From an uncultured Clostridia bacterium (lineage in GTDB: Bacteria; Bacillota; Clostridia; Christensenellales; UBA1242): DNA of 64,000 bases. Position 1 is the stretch's first letter. Each line of letters opens with the position of its first letter. The stretch spans positions 70,455 to 134,454 of the forward strand of contig CALWEQ010000010.1 of assembly GCA_944377365.1 (NCBI GenBank). Direction: 5' to 3'. Below the pieces are notes generated by a model. The model made no database searches, was not told the DNA's origin, and saw only the letters and a list, made by a program, of their open reading frames with translations. The position numbers were made by a program, and so were the translations under genes. Shown one piece after another: positions 36,467-45,850 of the stretch.

Positions 36467-37399
36467 GTGGTTTTGAAAAAAATAAAATATTTTACAACAT
36501 TTGCAATATTGTTGTTAATAATCTTGATTGTGTTTAACCCTGCAAAATACATTGATTCAGCTCTTAACGGATTGTCGTCTTTTGCAACAAAGGTGTTGCC
36601 CTGCACTTTGCCATTTATGATTTTAACTAAACTAGTAATAGAACAAGGGCATATAGAAAGGTTTTGCCATTTTCTTCGCAAACCATTTAAATTTCTTTAC
36701 AATACAAATGAAAACGCAAGTTATGTTTTTTTTATGAGCATATTAAGTGGTTATCCTGTCGGCGCAAAGATGACCGCAGATCTTTACGAACGAGGGAAAA
36801 TAACAACTGACGAAGCATGCAGAATGTGTTCTTTTTGTTCTAATTCAGGGCCGATGTTCATTATTGGAACTGTTGGTGCTATATTGTTCAAAAATGTTGC
36901 TTTAGGTTTTGTTTTGTTTGTTTCGCATATTCTTTCTGCATTGATTAATGGTTTGTTTTACAGAAATATTAAATTAAAGAAAAGCAAAAATTTAAATTTT
37001 GATAATTCACACCAAAATAGGAAAAGAGAACCATTATCGTTTGGTGACATCATATCAAATTCTGTCGAAGCGGTGTTAAACGTTGGCGCAGTAATATGCT
37101 TGTTTTTTATCATAATAGATGTCTTGTCCCCTGCTATCGCGCTTTTGCCAAACCAAACAATAGCTTTAGCTGAGGGCATTGTTGAATTAACTCGGGGCTG
37201 TATTGACGCATCTATGTTGCCTTTTTATTTAGGTGCAGTTGTGTGTAGTTTTATTATAAGTTTTGGAGGAATATCTACTTTAATACAATCAAGTGTAGTT
37301 TTAAAAAAACTGAAAATACCCATTTGGCTATTTTCAGTTCAAAAACTTACACAAGGTTTGATATCAGCTTGTCTGACTGCTATAATTCTTGCCATTTAA
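36467..37399 (+). CDS. ylbJ: sporulation integral membrane protein YlbJ-like (nucleoside-recognition/Gate domain)
   Basis: Polytopic protein with SILSGYPVGAK and CSNSGPMFIIGTVG motifs typical of YlbJ. GTG or TTG start after AGAGGTG. Confidence 0.65.
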   Translation: MVLKKIKYFTTFAILLLIILIVFNPAKYIDSALNGLSSFATKVLPCTLPFMILTKLVIEQGHIERFCHFLRKPFKFLYNTNENASYVFFMSILSGYPVGAKMTADLYERGKITTDEACRMCSFCSNSGPMFIIGTVGAILFKNVALGFVLFVSHILSALINGLFYRNIKLKKSKNLNFDNSHQNRKREPLSFGDIISNSVEAVLNVGAVICLFFIIIDVLSPAIALLPNQTIALAEGIVELTRGCIDASMLPFYLGAVVCSFIISFGGISTLIQSSVVLKKLKIPIWLFSVQKLTQGLISACLTAIILAI

Positions 37400-38190
37400 A
37401 CTTTTAATTCATAATCAAGCTGTTTATTAATAATATCTTCAATTTCCCGTATGTTATGCTTAATGGCTTTCACTCCTTTTCCAGCATATTTTAAACCGCA
37501 AACAAGACCAGTCAAAAGATCAAAATCTTGTTCGATGCACGCGATGATTATTGCATGACAAATCGCTATGCAATCCTTTTTTTGGCTGTCAACCTTTTCT
37601 GCTTCCAATCTTTCAACCATTTCAACAGCCGTGTCCTTTGCCATAATAAAAGTTTGACAAATTCCGCTTTTGTCCTTAAGAAAATTTGAAGCTCTTTCAA
37701 TTGGGAAAGGCACAACCTTCAATCTTTGTTCGGGGGTCATATCTTCTTCTTCAACTTGAAAATTTTCTTCCGAAACTGGCTCGTCTTTTTTAATGTTGAA
37801 TGCCTCGCTAATTAGATCTCTAAAAGGAACAACTGTTTTATTCATAAAAATTTTGCCGTCAAGCTTTCCATCATCATTAAAATATGTTAAAATCAATTCA
37901 TTAAAAGAAAGTTTTTTGTTTCTAATGTCGGCTAAAATACAAAACACAAGTGCCAAAATTTTGTACTCTTCTTTTGGCAAAACAAAAATGTTGTTTCCCC
38001 TTGCGTCCTTTGTAAAAGCTTTTTCGTATTCCTTTTCTTTGTTGAAATTACCCATGCAATCAGACAGTAATTCATAAACATCAGGGCAGTTTGCCACAGC
38101 TTCCAAAAGTTTGTCTATCTTTTGATCAGCAAAAAGCAATTTGCTCTCTATAAGTTCGTTGCACATAAAAATGACATCTTTTATTTCCAT
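37396..38190 (-). CDS. hypothetical protein, 264 aa, predicted helical
   Basis: Open frame with SD AAGGA and no recognisable motif. Acidic linker in the middle. Confidence 0.55.
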   Translation of the reverse strand: MEIKDVIFMCNELIESKLLFADQKIDKLLEAVANCPDVYELLSDCMGNFNKEKEYEKAFTKDARGNNIFVLPKEEYKILALVFCILADIRNKKLSFNELILTYFNDDGKLDGKIFMNKTVVPFRDLISEAFNIKKDEPVSEENFQVEEEDMTPEQRLKVVPFPIERASNFLKDKSGICQTFIMAKDTAVEMVERLEAEKVDSQKKDCIAICHAIIIACIEQDFDLLTGLVCGLKYAGKGVKAIKHNIREIEDIINKQLDYELKV

Positions 38191-38247
38191 AAGCTCAATT
38201 CCTTTTAATATATTTTAGCATAAATATAATAAAAAACAACAAAAAAT

Positions 38248-38276
38248 TTGCAATATTAAAAAAAAACTGCTATTAT
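38248..38276 (+). promoter_or_regulatory. promoter abutting the DUF4364-like gene start (leaderless candidate)
   Basis: TTGCAA (38248-38253), 17 nt, TATTAT (38271-38276), 6 nt, ATG (38283). No SD. Confidence 0.55.
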
Positions 38277-38282
38277 TTATCC

Positions 38283-38843
38283 ATGGAAAATATTATTTCA
38301 GATGAAATCAACAACGAAGAAAAAGTTAGAACAAAATTGACTTTATTATTTTTTATGGAAAAAATGGAAATTCCTCTTACAAAAAACTCAATTTTAGATA
38401 TTTGCTGTATTGAAAACGATTGGTTAAGTTATATGGATTGTGTGGCAATTATAGCGGAACTATGCGACACTGGTTTTATTTACAAGGCACAAAATGCTGA
38501 AAATGACGAACTTTATTCAATAACTTATTCAGGAAGAGAATGCTTAGCTCAACTATATTTAAGAGTGCCATATGAGTTACGTGAAAGAATGGCAGAATAC
38601 GTAAAATTAAACAAACTTTCTGTAAAGACATCACAAGAATATACTTCAACTTATGTAAAAAATGAAGACGGATCTTATACTGTTACATTACGCATATATG
38701 AACCAATGATCTCAACTCCAATGTTTGAAATTAAAATCAAAGCTCCTTCTAGACAAAGCGCAATAGAAGCTGATCAAAAATGGAAACGGCAAGCACCAAA
38801 TGTTTATGAGTATGTTTATGAAAATCTCGTAAACACAGATTAG
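38283..38843 (+). CDS. DUF4364-like protein (putative winged-helix)
   Basis: 186 aa. The N-terminal LTLLFFMEKMEIPLTKNSILDI...YSITYSGRECL pattern recalls DUF4364 of Clostridia. Assignment from memory. Confidence 0.45.
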   Translation: MENIISDEINNEEKVRTKLTLLFFMEKMEIPLTKNSILDICCIENDWLSYMDCVAIIAELCDTGFIYKAQNAENDELYSITYSGRECLAQLYLRVPYELRERMAEYVKLNKLSVKTSQEYTSTYVKNEDGSYTVTLRIYEPMISTPMFEIKIKAPSRQSAIEADQKWKRQAPNVYEYVYENLVNTD

Positions 38844-38860
38844 AAAATAAGTTTTTAAAA

Positions 38861-38893
38861 AAGCAACTCCAAAAAATTAAGAGTTGCTTTTTA
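38861..38893 (+). terminator. terminator between convergent genes
   Basis: AAGCAACTC/GAGTTGCTT stem with T-runs on both strands. Confidence 0.65.
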
Positions 38894-39028
38894 TGAAATA
38901 AAGCCTATCTTTTTAAAATAATTAATCATAATAAAAATAGAACAAGCTTCAAGCTAACATACAACACAACAACAGTTTGCGTTTTAATCGTTAGTGGTTT
39001 TAATATTGATAGTTAAAAATAATAATAG

Positions 39029-39472
39029 TCAGGTGTTTTTTATTTTTGTTATTTCGTTTCGTGCTATTTCATCGCAACGGTTGTTCAGTTCGTTGTCTGC
39101 GTGTCCCTTAACTTTATGCCATAAGACTTCGTGCCCATTCATAGCAGTAAGCAGACGTTTCCAAAGTTCAATGTTTTGTACCTGTTTTTTTCCTTTTGTC
39201 TTCCATGCGTTTTGCGTCCAAAACTCTATCCAATTTTGCAAAAATGCATTTACAACATATGCTGAATCACTGTAAACATCAACCTGACATTTTTCTTTTA
39301 GTGCCTCAAATCCACTTATAACACCCATAAGCTCCATTCGATTGTTTGTGGTAAGAGCCTCTCCGCCTGAAAGAACTTTTTCATGCTTTCCACTCTGCAA
39401 GATTGTGGCCCAACCCCCTGTTCCTGGGTTTCCAGAACATGCACCATCTGAATATAAAACAACCTTTTTCAA
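39029..39472 (-). CDS. rnhA: ribonuclease HI
   Basis: DGACSGNPGTGGWA, TNNRMEL and VKGHADNELNNRCDEIA motifs. Confidence 0.9.
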   Translation of the reverse strand: MKKVVLYSDGACSGNPGTGGWATILQSGKHEKVLSGGEALTTNNRMELMGVISGFEALKEKCQVDVYSDSAYVVNAFLQNWIEFWTQNAWKTKGKKQVQNIELWKRLLTAMNGHEVLWHKVKGHADNELNNRCDEIARNEITKIKNT

Positions 39473-39873
39473 TCTTCTAACCTCAACTTTTTTGCAACTG
39501 TTTCTAAAGTTTCTTTTTGTTTTGCTGGTTGCATTGTGAGTTTTGCTTCGTCGTTGGTTTTTCTTGGGAAAAGGTGAATGTGAAAATGTTGCACAATTTG
39601 ACCTGATGCTTCTTTACAATTTGAAACCAAATTGACCCCATCAAAACCAAGAAATAAAAAATGTTTAGTTAATTTTTTTGCTGTAGACAAAACCTTTTGA
39701 TATGTTTTTTCATCACAACTATCTAAATCTGTCAAATGCTTTTTTGGGATAATAAGAGTGTGCCCTGGCACGTCATTTTCAATATCTAAAAATGCAAGAA
39801 CGTCTTTGTTTTCATAAATTTTATAGCATGGAATTTCACCCTTTACTATTTTACAAAATATACAAGTATCCAT
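39469..39873 (-). CDS. HIT family hydrolase
   Basis: CIFCKIVKGEIP and the histidine triad QHFHIHLFP. SD AAGGAG. Confidence 0.9.
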   Translation of the reverse strand: MDTCIFCKIVKGEIPCYKIYENKDVLAFLDIENDVPGHTLIIPKKHLTDLDSCDEKTYQKVLSTAKKLTKHFLFLGFDGVNLVSNCKEASGQIVQHFHIHLFPRKTNDEAKLTMQPAKQKETLETVAKKLRLED

Positions 39874-39956
39874 ATATTTTCTCCTTGATTTATTTAATCA
39901 TATTAGCACAAAAAATTAATTAATCAAAGAAAATATTATTATTTTTAATGTAGAAA

Positions 39957-39994
39957 TATAAAAAAAGAAATTTGACAACAATGGTCAAATTTCT
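39957..39994 (-). terminator. terminator after the 378-aa gene
   Basis: AGAAATTTGAC/GTCAAATTTCT 11-bp stem, then T7 on the minus strand. Confidence 0.7.
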
Positions 39995-40019
39995 CTTCAA
40001 TCTTTTTAATCTTATAATT

Positions 40020-41156
40020 TTAGCATATTCTTGTCATAATTTGTTCGCCTGTAGGCATAAATTCCTTCAAGCAATCTTCAAGATTATTTACTCTGTCATA
40101 GCATTCACATACGGTGTTTTCTTCCATAGCTTTGACAAATTTGCTAAGGGCTTTTGTTGATGCATTTGGATCAATGCAATAAAATCCGTTTTTATCAACT
40201 AATAAGGTCCCATCTTTTCCCCTCGCAACATAACTATATGGAGTAACATCTAATTTTCTTATTCTATTGTAGATTTTGTTTAAATTATCCTCAATGCCTG
40301 CCAAAGATCTTTTCTCTTCTCTTGTCAACAAGTCAGTGTGCTCTGACGCTAAATAAAACATTTGGTTGTATCTATGTTTTTTAACATCAAATATAGTCAA
40401 ATATCTAGAAAATTTTTCTATTGTTTCTTGTCTCTTGTTTTCTGTTGCCTTTCTTGCTTCTGCTTTTTGTCTAATTTTTTCTCTATGTTCTTGTTTTGCT
40501 TTTTGAATATTTTTCTGCTCTATTTTCTTTTGGTTTTCAATATTTTCGTAAATTGGTCTAAATTCTTTGTCACATCTTGCAACAAAATCTAGTTTTTGAA
40601 GACTTGAATTAATTCTATTCTTTAAAATAGTGTCAAGTTTTTTGATTATTATGTTGTCTTGTTGCACTAAATATTGATCTTTTAATATGGCATTAGCGAT
40701 GTTTTCAGCCATTTCCATTGCATTGTAGTTGTAGCCGTTTTTGTTTTCATCTTCAAACGCTAGCATAATTTTCTTCAAACTTTTTTCATCTTTTAATTTT
40801 TCGTTGGTAGATTTAGTCCTTAAATTAACAGGAAGTTGCTGATTGTACAACAAAACTTCTGTAGCATCATGATCACGTAAAACAAAATCTACTTTTACAT
40901 CATTTTTAATTGTACTTACATTTTGTTTCAAGTTGTTTATCTTCTCTTCATCGAAAAAATCTTCGATTCTAACTTTGATCTTCTTTATGTTCTTTGCTGC
41001 CAAATAAATACTAGCGCAAGCATGTATATCAATAGCAGCATCTCTTGACTCATCATAAAACTTTTTTTGCTTGTTTTCGCAAAGTTGCTTCTTTTCACCC
41101 ATCTTATCGCTCAATAACATAAAAATATACGAATAGTCTTTTGCTTTGTTTGTCAT
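40020..41156 (-). CDS. hypothetical protein, 378 aa, central K/E/Q coiled-coil-like segment
   Basis: ATG 41156 after AAGGAGGAAT. The track extension to 41216 lacks an SD. No recognisable motif. Confidence 0.6.
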   Translation of the reverse strand: MTNKAKDYSYIFMLLSDKMGEKKQLCENKQKKFYDESRDAAIDIHACASIYLAAKNIKKIKVRIEDFFDEEKINNLKQNVSTIKNDVKVDFVLRDHDATEVLLYNQQLPVNLRTKSTNEKLKDEKSLKKIMLAFEDENKNGYNYNAMEMAENIANAILKDQYLVQQDNIIIKKLDTILKNRINSSLQKLDFVARCDKEFRPIYENIENQKKIEQKNIQKAKQEHREKIRQKAEARKATENKRQETIEKFSRYLTIFDVKKHRYNQMFYLASEHTDLLTREEKRSLAGIEDNLNKIYNRIRKLDVTPYSYVARGKDGTLLVDKNGFYCIDPNASTKALSKFVKAMEENTVCECYDRVNNLEDCLKEFMPTGEQIMTRIC

Positions 41157-41374
41157 TATAATTCCTCCTTGTAAACAACACATGTTAATTCTACATGATT
41201 TTAAATGCACTGTCAATACCTAAAATAAAAAAAATTAAAAAATTTCGAAAAAAAACGCTTTTCTTCGACAAATAAAATTTATATGATATAAAATCATAAA
41301 AATTGCTAGATTTTTAATAGATATTTCATTATTATAAAAAAACTATCTGCTAAGAATTTAAAAAGAATAAACTT

Positions 41375-42232
41375 TTAACATTTTCCATCATTTATATACA
41401 AAATTCCAAGTGTACCTGGCCCACAGTGGCTAGTGATAACGCTTCCAGCAACACTTTCTTCTATGTTGTAAAAGATGTTTTTTGATTTTACGTAGTCGAC
41501 AATCTCTTTAATTAATTCATCATCCATTTTTGTGTGAGTAACAAAGCAATAGTCTTTTCTTGGATTGTTGTACTTTTTTAAAATTGTGTCTATATATTTT
41601 TTTAAAACCACTTTCATTGGCCCAATTTCTTTGCCTGTGTTTATAAGCTTGCCATCAACGACTTCTAGTCTTGGCTTAATTCTTAACAAATTCGCCATAG
41701 AAAAGGTAAAGCGAGAGCATCTTCCACCCTTATGCAAATAATCTAGCTTGTCAACCATAAAAGATGCTTGAACGTGTTTTGATGCGTCAGACATATTTTT
41801 TACAATATCGTCTAATCCTGCTCCTTGTTTGTAAGCATTTGCTCCGCTTAAAATTATCAGACCAGTAGCAGATGAAAGGGCTTTGCTGTCAACAATTTTT
41901 ACTTTTCCCTCACCTATTTCTTTTGCTGCAAGGCAGGCATTTTGATAGCATACTGAAAGATCGGCTCCAATTCCGCAATGAACTACAGCGTCGCACGTTT
42001 TTAAAAGGTCTAGAAAATATTCTTTAAAATCTTCCACGCCTCTTCCAGCTGTTTTTGGCAAATCTCCTGTTTTTGCAACATAATCATAAATGTCATCAGG
42101 TTTAATGTTTTGCCCGTCATAGTACTCTTCATCCCCTAAATTTACAACTAATGGAAACACTGAGATAGCATTTTTCTCTATCAATTCTTTTGGCAAGTCA
42201 CATGTTGAATCAGTAGAAAATTTAATTATCAT
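41375..42232 (-). CDS. DegV family fatty-acid-binding protein (FakB-like)
   Basis: MIIKFSTDSTCDLP start with DegV-type layout. SD AAAGGTG. Confidence 0.85.
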   Translation of the reverse strand: MIIKFSTDSTCDLPKELIEKNAISVFPLVVNLGDEEYYDGQNIKPDDIYDYVAKTGDLPKTAGRGVEDFKEYFLDLLKTCDAVVHCGIGADLSVCYQNACLAAKEIGEGKVKIVDSKALSSATGLIILSGANAYKQGAGLDDIVKNMSDASKHVQASFMVDKLDYLHKGGRCSRFTFSMANLLRIKPRLEVVDGKLINTGKEIGPMKVVLKKYIDTILKKYNNPRKDYCFVTHTKMDDELIKEIVDYVKSKNIFYNIEESVAGSVITSHCGPGTLGILYINDGKC

Positions 42233-42243
42233 ATTTTACACCT

Positions 42244-42963
42244 TTATTTTAATTTAATCTTTAACAGTTTAATTGCGTTCTCCTCTTCTGGAGTTGCAGT
42301 TTTTATGTTATCGATGTACTTAATCATATCATTTTTTTCGCTTTCAGACAAATTAATTAAATAGGTTTTTTCAATTTGTTTGCGTTTTTCTATGAACTTC
42401 GAACTATCCAAATTGGTTTGTTTAAAAAGTTTTACATATTCTGCAATAACTTGCTCTGCCTGTGACACAGCTGTTGCAGATATTGATTCGACTGGTTTTT
42501 CTTTATGTTGTGAAAAGTTTTTTGTTTTCTCGATTTGCATGTTGACATAATGTCGCCCTCGAAATATATAGACAGCAAAGCCAATGCCAAATGCAGAAAA
42601 AATTAAATTTGAAACTAAATTTAATATATACATGGTCCTGTAAGCATTGTCAGACAAAAGTTGTTGATACAAAGAAAAAGCACTTCCAAAGGTAACATTA
42701 TAAATAGACATCATTACAAGTAAATCGCACAAAATGCTTGAAACTAGGTTTAAAAGAACGACAATTGTAATGTTCCAAACATAAAATTTCCAATCTAGTT
42801 TGTAGTAAAATTTTAAGTAACACCACCCTGTCGCAAACATTGATAAAAGAGAAATGTATCCCACAAACCAACCTTGATAGTACATCAGCCCCCAAATGAC
42901 TGCTCCAACTGTGGCACACAAAAAGGATGTAAGCATTGCTAATGGCAGATTTTGTTTTTTCAT
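42244..42963 (-). CDS. hypothetical membrane protein, 239 aa (4 TM plus a soluble helical C-terminus)
   Basis: Hydrophobic N-terminal 145 aa. SD AAGGGG. Confidence 0.55.
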   Translation of the reverse strand: MKKQNLPLAMLTSFLCATVGAVIWGLMYYQGWFVGYISLLSMFATGWCYLKFYYKLDWKFYVWNITIVVLLNLVSSILCDLLVMMSIYNVTFGSAFSLYQQLLSDNAYRTMYILNLVSNLIFSAFGIGFAVYIFRGRHYVNMQIEKTKNFSQHKEKPVESISATAVSQAEQVIAEYVKLFKQTNLDSSKFIEKRKQIEKTYLINLSESEKNDMIKYIDNIKTATPEEENAIKLLKIKLK

Positions 42964-43085
42964 TTAAACCCCTTGATTAATAATTTTAAAAACTTCAAGC
43001 ACCTTATTATGTTAACATATAAGCATATTCAAGTCAACTTTTTCAATTTTATTTTATCCTATATAATTAAAAAATAGACAAATAA

Positions 43086-43595
43086 TTAGAAATCTTTTTT
43101 TCTAACACTGTTGTCCATTTGATTAATTTTTTTCAAATAAATATTTGGTGATTTCCAATAAATATAACATAACCATAAAATCATATTTAAAAAATAAGTT
43201 ATTTGAACAGTTAAAGCAGATATTTGTAATGCAGATTTAGCGCTCATGCTGTCAACAAATATTGTAACAAACATGCTAATAATCAAAATTAAAAACGAAC
43301 AGATTGTTTCAGTAACAATCATGTTGATTACGTGTGTCAGATCCATCATCTTTTGGTCTGATTCTTCAATAAAAATCTTTACGCTTTCTTCGTCATTATA
43401 AGTGAGTTGCAAAGCTTTCAATTTTGTTTGCAAAACTTGTCTTCTTTTAGATGACAAGATAGGAAGTATAAATAGAAGCAATGCGATGTTTACTGCTATA
43501 AAACTAAAAGTTGCAGTTTGTATAAATTCTGCTTGCTGTGTGTTGAAAACAATCGACTCAATAAGAAATATGGTTATAAGAAAAAAATATAACAC
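43086..43595 (-). CDS. hypothetical membrane protein, 169 aa
   Basis: Four hydrophobic segments. GTG start without an SD, so the start is uncertain. Confidence 0.4.
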   Translation of the reverse strand: MLYFFLITIFLIESIVFNTQQAEFIQTATFSFIAVNIALLLFILPILSSKRRQVLQTKLKALQLTYNDEESVKIFIEESDQKMMDLTHVINMIVTETICSFLILIISMFVTIFVDSMSAKSALQISALTVQITYFLNMILWLCYIYWKSPNIYLKKINQMDNSVRKKDF

Positions 43596-43885
43596 TCAGT
43601 TGCTTTTGAAATAATGCAATAAACTAAGATAACCCGATTAACATAGTGTTTTCTTTCTGCGTTACATTCTCTTAACTGCAAAAAAAATATTTTTGCTGTT
43701 GTAAAGGTTGCATGTCAAATTGCCTTAAATTTGACAGCGTAAACATGCGTTTACTTTAAAAAGAGATAGAATAAAGCAAAAAATTAAAAGACTACTAAAA
43801 TTTAGATAAGCTGTAAAAATTTACAATACGTTTTTATTTTGCTAGTATCAATTTTACAAGCCTTGCACAATATTATTGTTTTTTA

Positions 43886-43914
43886 TTGCAAAAAAATTTT
43901 TTATGTGTTAAAAT
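43886..43914 (+). promoter_or_regulatory. tRNA-Ser promoter
   Basis: TTGCAA (43886-43891), 17 nt, TGT-TAAAAT (43909-43914). The tRNA starts 13 nt later. Confidence 0.55.
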
Positions 43915-43926
43915 ATAGCGTCATTT

Positions 43927-44014
43927 GCAGAGGTGTCAGAGCGGTCTAATGTGCACGCTTGGAAAGCGTGTGTGGTGAGAGCCACCTCGGGTTCGAATCC
44001 CGACCTCTGCGCCA
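43927..44014 (+). tRNA. tRNA-Ser (anticodon GGA), encoded CCA
   Basis: Acceptor GCAGAGG/CCTCTGC. Anticodon stem CACGC/GCGTG with loop TTGGAAA. Long variable arm. T-arm TCGGG-TTCGAAT-CCCGA. Discriminator G then CCA. Confidence 0.9.
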
Positions 44015-44039
44015 TTTTATATTTCAATATATAACAAAC

Positions 44040-44056
44040 GTCGGGATTCGAACCCG
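44040..44056. repeat. 17-nt perfect inverted copy of the tRNA-Ser T-arm region, followed by T9
   Basis: GTCGGGATTCGAACCCG is the reverse complement of 43988-44004. Confidence 0.85.
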
Positions 44057-44106
44057 TTTTTTTTTATGGATGGGGTCCCCGCCAACATTTATGTTTGTGG
44101 GGCAAT

Positions 44107-44122
44107 AATCCCGACCTCTGCG
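44107..44122 (+). repeat. 16-nt direct repeat of the tRNA-Ser 3' end
   Basis: AATCCCGACCTCTGCG is identical to 43996-44011. It is preceded by a degenerate T-stem, TGGGG-CAATAAT-CCCGA. Confidence 0.85.
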
Positions 44123-44208
44123 TAAAAATACTTCCAAAATTTTCTGTCGTTTCTATTTTAAAAATTTGTATGTAACCAAACAGCATGCAATTATAAAAAA
44201 TCATAAAG

Positions 44209-44730
44209 TTATTTGTTGCAAATATTTTCTAGTTCCTGCTTTTTCTTTTCTTGAATGGCAACATGATCTGGTAAGATAGTGTCTTCATGATTTATGTAAT
44301 TGCACATTTCAACAAAATCAAAATATGATTGATCAACTGTTTCAAGCTTATCTAGCATATTTGAATAAGTTTCATCTTTTTTAAAAGTGTTTTTCTTATG
44401 GCTTAAATTTTTCCCAATTTTTTCCATTAAACTGTTTGCTATCATAGTAAACGTATCGTAGTTTGTAACAATTTTTTTAACATCCGTATAATCACTGATT
44501 TGATTTTTGTTGAAAACTACGATATAACCTCTTGCTAATGATGCTATTCTTTCTATATCAAATTTGATTGCAAAATCTACAACTGCATGAAAAAAAGCTA
44601 TTTTGCTTTCAAAATAGGCTTTAGCTGTTGGTTCAGCATATTTGTCTACTATGTAATTGTAGTATTCTTCTCTTTGTTGTTTTAATATTTCAAAATCCAT
44701 TTCATTTTCATTTACAAAATTTTTTGTCAT
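44209..44730 (-). CDS. hypothetical protein, 173 aa
   Basis: ATG 44730 after TAGGAGAAGCT. The track extension overlaps mnmA. No motif recognised. Confidence 0.5.
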   Translation of the reverse strand: MTKNFVNENEMDFEILKQQREEYYNYIVDKYAEPTAKAYFESKIAFFHAVVDFAIKFDIERIASLARGYIVVFNKNQISDYTDVKKIVTNYDTFTMIANSLMEKIGKNLSHKKNTFKKDETYSNMLDKLETVDQSYFDFVEMCNYINHEDTILPDHVAIQEKKKQELENICNK

Positions 44731-44770
44731 AGCTTCTCCTAATCCTATTATAGTTTGTTTATTTTTTTTG

Positions 44771-45850
44771 TCAAGAGGCGCTGAATGTTTTATCAATCCT
44801 TCCGCCACCTAAACAGATGCCTTCATCATCATATAAAACAGCATATTGGCCTGGCGCAACAGCTCTCTGAGGCTGACAAAAATCTATTTTAATGTTTTTT
44901 TCGTCAATAATTTTTATCTTTGCTTTTTGATCAGGCTGACGGTAGCGAATTTTGACAAAACAGTCGAATTCCTTTTCCTTTGGCATTTCTGTGATATAAT
45001 TCATATCCACTGCAAACAATCCATCACAATACAAAAGTTTGTCATCACCTTGTGCCACTATTATTTGATTTTTTTGCATATCTTTTTTGACTACAAACCA
45101 TCTGCCGTTGTCCTTCCCTGCCTGTCCTCCGATGTTAAGACCCCGTCTTTGCCCTAAAGTGTAAAACATAGCTCCTTCGTGCTTGCCAATGACGTTTCCA
45201 TTTGTGTCTACAATTTCTCCAGGTTGTGCTGGTAAATAATTTTTTAGAAAATTTTTAAAATTTCGCTCACCAATAAAACATATGCCTGTCGAGTCTTTTT
45301 TTTCTGCGGTAGACAAGCCAAGTTCCTTTGCAATCTTTCTAACTTCTGTTTTTCTTATGTCCTGTAATGGAAAAATTACACTTGCAAGCTGAGATTGCGA
45401 AAGTTGATTTAAAAAATAAGACTGATCCTTGCTTTCATCCGTCGCTTTAGCTAAATAAAATTTTCCATTTCGCTCTATTTTCTTCGCATAATGACCTGTT
45501 GCAATCATATCTGCGCCCAATTTTTTTGCTTGATCTAAAAATGGGCCAAATTTAATTTCACGATTACATAAAACATCGGGATTGGGAGTTCTACCATTTT
45601 TGTGTTCATCTAAAAAATACTTAAAAACTCTGTCATAATATTCTTTAGCATAATTAACTGAAAAATACGGTATGCCGATTTTTGAACATACTCTTTTGAC
45701 ATCTTCAAAGTCTGCTTCTGCTGTACATTCACCATTTGGTTCTTGCCAATTAACCATAAATAGCCCAATAACTTCGTGACCCTGTTTTTTTAGTAAATAT
45801 GCAGCAACTGAAGAATCGACTCCTCCACTAACTCCTACAACAATCCTCAT
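44771..45850 (-). CDS. mnmA: tRNA 2-thiouridine(34) synthase
   Basis: VGVSGGVDSSVAA PP-loop, CNREIKF, and catalytic Cys in DSTGICFIG. Confidence 0.95.
   Translation of the reverse strand: MRIVVGVSGGVDSSVAAYLLKKQGHEVIGLFMVNWQEPNGECTAEADFEDVKRVCSKIGIPYFSVNYAKEYYDRVFKYFLDEHKNGRTPNPDVLCNREIKFGPFLDQAKKLGADMIATGHYAKKIERNGKFYLAKATDESKDQSYFLNQLSQSQLASVIFPLQDIRKTEVRKIAKELGLSTAEKKDSTGICFIGERNFKNFLKNYLPAQPGEIVDTNGNVIGKHEGAMFYTLGQRRGLNIGGQAGKDNGRWFVVKKDMQKNQIIVAQGDDKLLYCDGLFAVDMNYITEMPKEKEFDCFVKIRYRQPDQKAKIKIIDEKNIKIDFCQPQRAVAPGQYAVLYDDEGICLGGGRIDKTFSAS

Noticed and set aside
36412-36681. 89-aa minus-strand ORF overlapping the ylbJ start
   Set aside because: It lies antisense to a well-supported membrane-protein gene and runs into the pta upstream region. 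No SD and no recognisable sequence.
43596-43885. Two adjacent hairpins (TGTCAAATT/AATTTGACA at 43714-43737 and GTAAAC/GTTTAC at 43739-43755) as a possible ncRNA
   Set aside because: No flanking promoter or U-tract and no known motif. In AT-rich intergenic DNA such stems arise easily.
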